Below are positions 8,107 through 14,951 of a stretch of DNA of 16,466 nucleotides, piece after piece. The stretch's first letter is position 1; each line of letters opens with the position of its first letter. Source of the stretch: an archaeon (GTDB taxonomy: Archaea > Iainarchaeota > Iainarchaeia > Iainarchaeales > Iainarchaeaceae); the NCBI GenBank assembly GCA_038046625.1, contig JBBSVV010000026.1:1-16466 (forward strand), written 5' to 3'. Position numbers and translations under genes: made by a program. The notes under the pieces are model-generated. The model was not told where the DNA came from and did not search any database. It saw only the letters and a program-made list of their open reading frames with translations.

Positions 8107-10287
8107 ATGCAAGGAGAAAAAGTTCTTTTCATTTCGAGTTTTCCGCCGCGTGAATGCGGCATCGCCACCTTCACGAAGGATTTGACGGAGTCCATCCAGA
8201 AAAAATTCGGCAACTCCCTCAAACCAAAGATAGTCGCCATGAACGAAAGCGAATCCAGCTTCCACAAATACCCCGGGAAAGTCGTTTCCTCGATAGTGGA
8301 GCAGGATTTTTCGGATTACGAACGCATCGCGAAAAAAATCAATTCGATGCGCGACGTCAAGGTCGTTAACATACAGCACGAGTTCGGGCTCTTTGGGGGG
8401 GAATATGGCGGGCACTTGCTGAGGCTCATGGAGCTTTCAGATAAAAAAATCGTCACAACCCTTCATACAGTTCTTGAGAACCCGGACCAAAAAATGCTTG
8501 AAACTATCCAGGGAATTTTTGCGAAAAGCGAAAAAGTAATAGTGATGACCGAAATAGCCAAAAAAATCCTTTCTGAACAGTACGGCGTGCCGAAAGAAAA
8601 AATCCGCGTGATTCCACACGGCGTCCCTTCAATCAGCTACGGAAAGGACAAGGAAAAGCTCAAGAGGAAGTTCGGCCTCGAGGGAAAAAATGTTCTGCTC
8701 ACGTTCGGCCTCCTGAGCAGGGGGAAGGCAATCGAGCACGTCATAAATGCGATGCCGGAAATAGTGAGGAAGAATCCGAACGCGCTGTACCTCATTGTTG
8801 GCGAAACCCACCCGAAAGTCAGGGAACAGGAAGGCGAATCATACAGGGCGGAGCTCAAGGAACTCATCAGGAAAAACATGGTTGAGGACAACGTGAAGTT
8901 CATGGACAAATTTGTTACGACACAAGAACTCGTTGAATGCCTCACGATTTCCGACCTTTACCTTGCGCCTTCACTCGACCCAAAACAGATTTGCAGCGGC
9001 ACAGTCAGCTATGCATTGGGCGCGGGAAAGGCAATTGTGGCGTCAAAAAACAAGTACAACGAGGAAATGCTTTCAAACGGGCGCGGAATAATGCTGCCCG
9101 CCAATTCGCCAAAGGGATTTGCCGATGCGGCGAACAGGCTCCTAAATGACGAAGCGCTCCTCAAAGGCTATGAAAAGAATGCGTTCGAATTCAGCAGGAA
9201 AATGACCTGGCCAAACGTTTCCGCACATTACACCGACGTTTTTTATTCCATTTCGGAAAATGGCGGCGGGTTTTTCGGGAGGCTTCCAAAAGTCAGCTTC
9301 AGGCACTTTTCAAGGCTTACCGATGACTTTGGCATAATACAGTTTGCCGATTACTCAACCCCCGACAAACAGAGCGGCTACACTCTTGACGACAATGCAC
9401 GGGCCCTTACTGTCGCGGTCAAGGGATATGAAAAGTTCGGGACGCAGAAAATGCTGCGCTTTGCCGACAAATTCCTCGGCTTCATTGACTACTGCAAAAC
9501 CGAGAACGGGAAATTCCACAACGAACTTAATTATGAAAGGGAATTCATGGATGATTTCGGCAGCGAAGACAGCTTTGGCAGGGCAATAAGGGCACTTGGC
9601 TCGACATGGAACAGCTCTTTGCCGGACAAATACAGGTTCAGGGCAAGGGAAATACTGGAAAGCACAATGAAAAACGGGCAGGAAATAAATTCCCCAAGGG
9701 CACAGGCAAACACACTGATCGGGCTCGCGAATTCAAGCGCACTTTCCGCGAACGACGGCACAATCAGGGCCGGGCTTGTTGACTCGCTGGTTTCGAAATT
9801 CCACGAAAACAGCGATGACGAGTGGCAGTGGTTCGAAAAATACCTGACCTACGGCAACAGCGTCATTCCGGAATCATTGTTCGAGGCAGCGCCGCAGAAC
9901 GGCCTTGAAACTGCAATGGAAGTGGCGAAAAAATCCCTCAACTTCCTCACGAAAACGCTTTTCATAAACAACAAGTTCGTTCCAATCGGGCAGGAAGCAT
10001 GGTATCTCAAGGGCGAAGAAAGGTCGGTTTACGACCAGCAGCCCATTGAAGCCGGAACAACTACAACGGCTTACCTAAAGGCATTCGAAAAAACCGGGGA
10101 CGAAAGCTACAGGAAAAAGGCGCGCGAGGCTTTCGACTGGTTCCTCGGTCAGAATTCAGCAAACCAGGTTGTTTATGACGAGGCAACTGGCGGCTGCTTC
10201 GACGGCATAACGAGGACAGGCGTAAACGCGAACGAGGGCGCGGAATCAACCATCTCCTATCTGCTTGCAAGGCTCTCGATAAGCTAG
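8107..10287 (+). CDS. Two-domain protein: GT4 (GT-B) mannosyltransferase-like glycosyltransferase fused to a C-terminal (alpha/alpha)-toroid, glycosidase-like domain, 726 aa
   Basis: N-terminal half: SSFPPRECGIATFT, IQHEFGLFGG, TTLHTV, IPHGVP, TFGLLSRGKAIE, GETHP, QICSGTVSYALGAGKAIVAS. C-terminal half (from ~9285): GIIQFA, GYTLDDNARAL, SEDSFGRA, WFEKYLTYGN, DQQPIEA, WFLGQN, GGCFDG, NEGAEST. ATG 8107 preferred over TTG 8104. Confidence 0.88.
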   Translation: MQGEKVLFISSFPPRECGIATFTKDLTESIQKKFGNSLKPKIVAMNESESSFHKYPGKVVSSIVEQDFSDYERIAKKINSMRDVKVVNIQHEFGLFGGEYGGHLLRLMELSDKKIVTTLHTVLENPDQKMLETIQGIFAKSEKVIVMTEIAKKILSEQYGVPKEKIRVIPHGVPSISYGKDKEKLKRKFGLEGKNVLLTFGLLSRGKAIEHVINAMPEIVRKNPNALYLIVGETHPKVREQEGESYRAELKELIRKNMVEDNVKFMDKFVTTQELVECLTISDLYLAPSLDPKQICSGTVSYALGAGKAIVASKNKYNEEMLSNGRGIMLPANSPKGFADAANRLLNDEALLKGYEKNAFEFSRKMTWPNVSAHYTDVFYSISENGGGFFGRLPKVSFRHFSRLTDDFGIIQFADYSTPDKQSGYTLDDNARALTVAVKGYEKFGTQKMLRFADKFLGFIDYCKTENGKFHNELNYEREFMDDFGSEDSFGRAIRALGSTWNSSLPDKYRFRAREILESTMKNGQEINSPRAQANTLIGLANSSALSANDGTIRAGLVDSLVSKFHENSDDEWQWFEKYLTYGNSVIPESLFEAAPQNGLETAMEVAKKSLNFLTKTLFINNKFVPIGQEAWYLKGEERSVYDQQPIEAGTTTTAYLKAFEKTGDESYRKKAREAFDWFLGQNSANQVVYDEATGGCFDGITRTGVNANEGAESTISYLLARLSIS

Positions 10288-10315
10288 CGGCTTGTTGCGG
10301 CATCTGATGCGCGCG

Positions 10316-11950
10316 TCATAGAAGGTTTCTTCCTGCGGCAGAATCAACTAAAATTTTTGCGTTCCCATGGCGCTGCAGCACGGATGCAGGCGCGCCTTCA
10401 TCTGGCCTGCGTGAAAATGACTTTGAAATGGCGCGCGCCTTTGCCCTTCCGCTTGCAACCAATATTATTTTTCTGGCGGACATAATCGTTGAGATGCCCA
10501 GAGTAATGGCCTTCGCGGGTTCCGCCCCCGCAAAATCCGCCTTTCTCGCGCGCAAAACCCCCTTCGAAATTTTCACTACCCGCGTCTTTGAATTGAACGC
10601 AGTTCCGGGTTCATTGAAAGCGATGTGAGCATTAGCCCCTATGCCTAACAGAGCCAAATCCAAACCCCTTGCTTTAACGACAGCCGCGATGCGCCCACAT
10701 TCGGCACCCAAATTTTTTGCGTTGCCATTGAACAGGAACACGTTTTGCGGCCTGAAATTCACTTTGCCCAAAAAATTCTTTTTCAGGGAGAATGCAAAAG
10801 AATCGCGCTCATCCGTAGTTCCGGCATACTCGTCCAATTCAACAAAAGCCGCTTTCGAAAAATCCGCTTCACGTTTTTTATAAGCAAGGGCAAGCGCCCT
10901 GTAAACCGCAAGCGGGGTTTTTCCCGCGGCAAGTGAAATCACCGACTCGGGCTTTTTGCGCAGCTGCCTCACAACCATCGCCGCGGCCGCCTTCGCCGAT
11001 TCCCCGTAATTCCGCACTTTTATTATTTCGGCAAGGTTCCGCCCAAGCAAATAATTCTTAAGCATTTTTCCGGTCGGGGCAAAGTAAGTTTTTTCCGCGA
11101 TTTTCCTGCCGGCAACAAAGTTCCCGCAAATAAGGCGGTTCCTGCTCCCAAAGCCATTGACCGCACCGTAAGCATAACCCGCATTAAAAAAATCCCCCGC
11201 GCCGGTTGCATTAAAGGGTTTTACCGGAAGCGCCGCCGAACTGTGCTTCGCGCCTTTGCAGTAAAATTCCGCGCCCCTGTTCCCGCGCTTCAGGACAACG
11301 CGATTGGCACCCATTTTGAACAGTTTTTTGATTCCGAATTCTTGGCTGCGCGATTTTGTTATGTGCCTCAATTCCAGCTCATTGAGGAAAAAAGCGTCAA
11401 CGTGCCGGATGAAATCACTTACCAGCCATTTACCGTACTCGTCAAAGCACGCATCGAAAAAAACAAGCGCCTTTTTTTTGCGAATCGATTTAAGCAGTGC
11501 GGAAAAGCTATTCCTCATCTTCGGAAGGTGAAAGAACCCGCCAAAGAAAACAATGTCGTCTTCGGAAAGGCGCGGCAAAAGGAACCTTGCCACGGCCTTC
11601 GAATCAAGTTCCAGCAGGCACCCCTTGCTGGATAGTATTGCCCGTTCGCCGTCATTGCGCACAAAAATATTCGAAACGCCATTCGGAGACGAAGTTTTTT
11701 TCAGCAGGGGCTTTACCCGGAAACGTTTGAGTTCACTCAAAAGGAAAGTTGTGAAAACATCTTTGCCGAGAGCACTTACAATTGTTGTGTCGAGGCCGAG
11801 TGAAGAGGACGCGACGGCAAAGTTTGCGGCATTTCCGCCGAGCGAGTAGTAAAATTTCTCCGCGTGCCTCTCCTCGCCGAAATTTGCACCGCCGCCGGAA
11901 TGTGTGAATAAGTCAATATTCAGGTCTCCGACTGAGAAAATTTTCGGCAT
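10316..11950 (-). CDS. nagB: Fusion of a PfkB/ribokinase-family carbohydrate kinase (N-terminal, ~11060-11950) and a NagB-type glucosamine-6-phosphate deaminase (C-terminal, ~10316-11035), 544 aa
   Basis: PfkB part: VGDLNID, GGNAANFAVASSSLG, LGKD, NELE, KRGNRGA, NATGAGDFFNAG (11192-11212). NagB part: LAAGKTP, LDEY, LLGIGANAHIAFNEPG (HIAFNEP at 10607-10627), AITLGISTI, ASG..KA, PASVLQRH. No stop or frameshift between the halves. Start set at ATG 11950 (MPKIFSVG). The symbol applies to the C-terminal domain only. Confidence 0.9.
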   Translation of the reverse strand: MPKIFSVGDLNIDLFTHSGGGANFGEERHAEKFYYSLGGNAANFAVASSSLGLDTTIVSALGKDVFTTFLLSELKRFRVKPLLKKTSSPNGVSNIFVRNDGERAILSSKGCLLELDSKAVARFLLPRLSEDDIVFFGGFFHLPKMRNSFSALLKSIRKKKALVFFDACFDEYGKWLVSDFIRHVDAFFLNELELRHITKSRSQEFGIKKLFKMGANRVVLKRGNRGAEFYCKGAKHSSAALPVKPFNATGAGDFFNAGYAYGAVNGFGSRNRLICGNFVAGRKIAEKTYFAPTGKMLKNYLLGRNLAEIIKVRNYGESAKAAAAMVVRQLRKKPESVISLAAGKTPLAVYRALALAYKKREADFSKAAFVELDEYAGTTDERDSFAFSLKKNFLGKVNFRPQNVFLFNGNAKNLGAECGRIAAVVKARGLDLALLGIGANAHIAFNEPGTAFNSKTRVVKISKGVLRARKADFAGAEPAKAITLGISTIMSARKIILVASGRAKARAISKSFSRRPDEGAPASVLQRHGNAKILVDSAAGRNLL

Positions 11951-12030
11951 AGTGATTACGGGTGCCCCGTGAGGCACCGAGATTATTGGGCAAACATCAT
12001 ATTTATGCTTATCTCACAAAGAATTTGTGC
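11951..12030. promoter_or_regulatory. 80-bp divergent promoter region with a central TATA-like element and two inverted repeats
   Basis: ATATTTAT at 11999-12006 (ATAAATAT on the minus strand); GGTGCC-N6-GGCACC at 11961-11978; CACAAA-N3-TTTGTG at 12015-12029. Confidence 0.5.
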
Positions 12031-12612
12031 ATGAAGAAGGCACTTGTCGTGGTCGCGCACCCCGATGACGAGACAATCTGGATGGGCGGAAAGATTCTGC
12101 GCGAAAAAAGCTGGAACTGGACAGTTGTTTCCCTGTGCCGCAAGGATGATGCGGACAGGAAGCCGAAGTTCTTCCGCGTGTGCTCGCAATTGAATGCACG
12201 CGCCTTCATCTCGGACCTCGAGGATAAACATCCTGAGGAGAAGCTGCCTTCACTGGATGAGGTCGTGAAGCGCCTCGAGCCAATTGCAATGGACAAGAGC
12301 TTTGATGTTGTTTATACGCACGGCACGAACGGCGAGTACGGGCACAATAGGCACATAGAGGTCAATGCGGCGGTGAAGCGCATGGTTCAGGACGGCCTGA
12401 TTGACTGCAAAGAAGTGTTCGAGTTCGATTATCTGCGCAAGGAAAATCCGTTCAGGTGCGAGCCGAACCAGGAAGCGCGGATAAAATTCGCGCTGAGCGC
12501 GCGCGAACTGGAAAAGAAAAGGTATTTAATCAGCGAAGTGTATGGTTTTGATAAGCAAGTCTTCGAATACATCAGCTGCAGCGGCACTGAAACATTCAAG
12601 AAAGTGAAATAA
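12031..12612 (+). CDS. PIG-L / LmbE-family Zn-dependent N-acetylhexosamine de-N-acetylase, 193 aa
   Basis: MKKALVVVAHPDDETIWMGG (AHPDDE signature straight after beta1, which supports the start at ATG 12031), conserved Arg in DADRKPKF, and VYTHGTNGEYGHNRH (second His motif). Confidence 0.88.
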   Translation: MKKALVVVAHPDDETIWMGGKILREKSWNWTVVSLCRKDDADRKPKFFRVCSQLNARAFISDLEDKHPEEKLPSLDEVVKRLEPIAMDKSFDVVYTHGTNGEYGHNRHIEVNAAVKRMVQDGLIDCKEVFEFDYLRKENPFRCEPNQEARIKFALSARELEKKRYLISEVYGFDKQVFEYISCSGTETFKKVK

Positions 12613-12613
12613 A

Positions 12614-13771
12614 ATGGGCAACGGAAAAAAATTTTGCAGCCTCGTCCTCTACCCTTATCCTGCGGAGCTTGATGGAGTGAGCCTTCAGGGGGAATTCCTT
12701 TACCGCGGACTGCTCGAAAATAATTACCCAACAAAGCCTGTCAACAGGAGCGCAGTGTTCGAAAAAAGCTTCCTCTACAAATCATTCAGGCCGGACGTTG
12801 CAATCGGAATCGGCTTCTGGGGGAACATTCCTGACCTTGTCCTCGAGCCGCAGAGGAACGGAATCCGGGCGGTGCCGTGGCTCAATGCCGATGGCTGGGT
12901 AGCGAACTACCATGAAGTGCTGAATAATCTCCCGCTCATAATGACGACAAGCAACTGGGTAAAGGAAACTTACATCAGGGATGGGGTTTCCGGCAAAAAC
13001 ATTTTTGCCGTTCCCATAGGCATTGACATGGAGCAGATAAGGCCGATTCCGAAAAGCGATAAGCGCGTAATTGAAATGAGGAAACTGCTCGGCGTGAAGG
13101 ATGATGAAAAAATGATTCTCACCATAGGCGGGGACACGACAAGCAAGGGATTCCAGGAAGTGCTCAGGGCATTGGGAAAAATCGGTGAAAAGTTCACGAA
13201 ATGGAAATATGTGGGCAAGGCCTGGGAAAACAGAAAACCCGCGTACCACTACAAGGAGGAACTCAAAATCATAAATGAATTCGGGTTCGGGAAAAAAGTC
13301 AGTTACATTGACGGCAACACTTCAAGGGAAACAATGAACGTGCTGTTGAGTGCGGCGGACATTTATGCCGCGCCAAGCAGAATCGAGGGATTCGGAATGG
13401 TTCAGGTCGAGGCTCAGGCCGCGGGAACCCCGGTTCTTTCAATCGACGCAATGGGAGTCAAGGACACGGTTGTCCACGGCAAAACAGGTTTCCTCGCGAA
13501 AGTCGGGGAAACAATCGACCTCGAGGAGGAGTGGGTTTACAGGGACATGGGCTTCGCGAAAAAGCAGAAAATAAAATTCGACAGGCCGAAGACTTTTGCG
13601 GTGCGCGTGGATGTGGATGACCTCGCGGATTACCTGCTCAAGCTTCTTGAGGGCGACTCTTTAAGGGAAAAAATGGGCGCTGAAGGAAGGAAGCACGTGG
13701 AAAAAAACTTTGGGCACAAAAAGGTTGCGCTTGACATTGCAAGGCTCATTGAATCAAAGCTGGATCTTTAG
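12614..13771 (+). CDS. GT4-family (GT-B, retaining) glycosyltransferase, 385 aa
   Basis: TTSNWVK, VPIGID, KGFQEVLRAL, ADIYAAPSRIEGFGMVQVEAQAAGTPV (E-x7-E motif), VHGKTGFL, LREKMGAEGRKHV. Starts 1 nt after the deacetylase stop (TAA-A-ATG), implying translational coupling. Confidence 0.92.
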   Translation: MGNGKKFCSLVLYPYPAELDGVSLQGEFLYRGLLENNYPTKPVNRSAVFEKSFLYKSFRPDVAIGIGFWGNIPDLVLEPQRNGIRAVPWLNADGWVANYHEVLNNLPLIMTTSNWVKETYIRDGVSGKNIFAVPIGIDMEQIRPIPKSDKRVIEMRKLLGVKDDEKMILTIGGDTTSKGFQEVLRALGKIGEKFTKWKYVGKAWENRKPAYHYKEELKIINEFGFGKKVSYIDGNTSRETMNVLLSAADIYAAPSRIEGFGMVQVEAQAAGTPVLSIDAMGVKDTVVHGKTGFLAKVGETIDLEEEWVYRDMGFAKKQKIKFDRPKTFAVRVDVDDLADYLLKLLEGDSLREKMGAEGRKHVEKNFGHKKVALDIARLIESKLDL

Positions 13772-14896
13772 CGGGTTCTTTCTCTTCTTCACGGCTTCAT
13801 AAGCAAGCAAATACGAGCCGGCGCTCCACGCCTGGTGCCTGCTGCCGCCCGGAGTGCCTGTAATCGGGTGAATCCACTCATTGAAATCCCATCCGAACCT
13901 CTTGCCGAGCATGTTTGCATGAGCAAGCGATTCAAGGGCATCCTCGGCCAGGCGAAGCCGTCCAGACTCAACCAAGGCGCACACGTAAAAGCCGCCTATG
14001 TAAGGCCAGATGCCGCCATTGATGTAATTGTTCGGGACGCCGGCCAAAGACGCCTTAAAATAGCCATGCCACTCTGCGGATTTTTCATGGATTGGCGGAT
14101 AAATGGCGCGCATCGGGTAAGGTTCGGCCACGCCGCTTTCCTCCACAAGCTTTAGAATTGATTTTGACTGTTTTTTGTCCGCGAGGCCGAAAACTATTGC
14201 CAGCATGTTTCCAAGGGAATCGAACCACTTTTCAAGCTCACGGTATTTCTCGTGGTCCTTCCAGTGCCACGGGAGAAAATAACCCAAAGAAGAATCATAG
14301 AGATACCTGTCAACCTGCTTCTTGAATTCAGGAAGTATTTTTTTGTGTCCTGTCGCGGAAAGCGCGGCATAGTAAAGCGCCTGCGTGTTTATGGTGTGCC
14401 CGTACTTGTGGGGAAAGCAGTCCTGCCAGTCGCTCGTTGGAAGCTGTTCCGGCATCATGTCTTCTCCGGCATCCTGGAACTGCACCCACTTCAAGGCGGC
14501 GCCAATGTTTTTTTTGTGCTTCTCCCAGAGCGCGGAACCAAACCTTTTTTTGTAAAAGTGTTCCCCCAAAATAAACCAGAGGCTCGAATCAATGGTTGCA
14601 AAGGTCGCGGGCTTGTCTATGGAGCCGATGAAATCGGTTGCATTAGGAATCTGGCCGTTCTTGGATTGCCTCGAGGCAAGAGTTGAAAGGCTCCTTGCAA
14701 AAACACCCTTAAAGTCGCTTGTGTTGAAAGAGGCGCCAATCATCGAAACATTTGAGTCGCGGCTCCAGACCTGAGTGTAACCATGCGCTCCGGCCGAAGC
14801 ATAGAGGCCATGGCGTGTGGAACACAGCGTGAGCACATCCCTTGCCTTCTGCACTGCCTCCCCGCACAATTTTTCCATTGAGGTATCCATGTGCAT
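13754..14896 (-). CDS. (alpha/alpha)6-barrel glycoside hydrolase, GH100 (alkaline/neutral invertase)-like / amylo-alpha-1,6-glucosidase (GDE_C)-like, ~380 aa
   Basis: YTQVWSRDS, GQIPN, TIDSSLWF, DWQD, NTQALYY, FDSLGNMLAI, YINGGIWPYIGGFY and FNEWIHPITG...HQAWSAGSYL parallel the GH100 blocks. The start could be 14896, 14890 or 14878. Its 3' end overlaps the convergent GT4 by 18 bp. Confidence 0.82.
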   Translation of the reverse strand: MHMDTSMEKLCGEAVQKARDVLTLCSTRHGLYASAGAHGYTQVWSRDSNVSMIGASFNTSDFKGVFARSLSTLASRQSKNGQIPNATDFIGSIDKPATFATIDSSLWFILGEHFYKKRFGSALWEKHKKNIGAALKWVQFQDAGEDMMPEQLPTSDWQDCFPHKYGHTINTQALYYAALSATGHKKILPEFKKQVDRYLYDSSLGYFLPWHWKDHEKYRELEKWFDSLGNMLAIVFGLADKKQSKSILKLVEESGVAEPYPMRAIYPPIHEKSAEWHGYFKASLAGVPNNYINGGIWPYIGGFYVCALVESGRLRLAEDALESLAHANMLGKRFGWDFNEWIHPITGTPGGSRHQAWSAGSYLLAYEAVKKRKNPLKIQL

Positions 14897-14951
14897 AATT
14901 AGGTGCTTGGCAAATAAAATAGTTTTGCCTCAGTGGCTATATATAGCTCAC
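14897..14951 (-). promoter_or_regulatory. Short intergenic region with a palindromic TATA-like element and an inverted repeat
   Basis: Perfect 12-bp palindrome GCTATATATAGC at 14936-14947; GGCAAA-N9-TTTGCC at 14909-14929. Confidence 0.4.

Noticed and set aside
10288..10315. GCATC-T-GATGC palindrome (10300-10310) in the convergent gap as a terminator
   Set aside because: A 5-bp arm with a 1-nt centre and no U-tract is too weak to call.
11951..12030. Overlapping upstream extensions of PfkB-NagB (11977) and PIG-L (11962) in the ORF track
   Set aside because: Both family folds begin right at ATG 11950 and ATG 12031, and the extensions would overlap head-to-head across the promoter.
12031..13771. 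Naming the pair mshB/mshA or bshB/bshA
   Set aside because: Only family-level motifs are visible, the deacetylase is shorter and divergent, and no cysteine ligase is present in the window.
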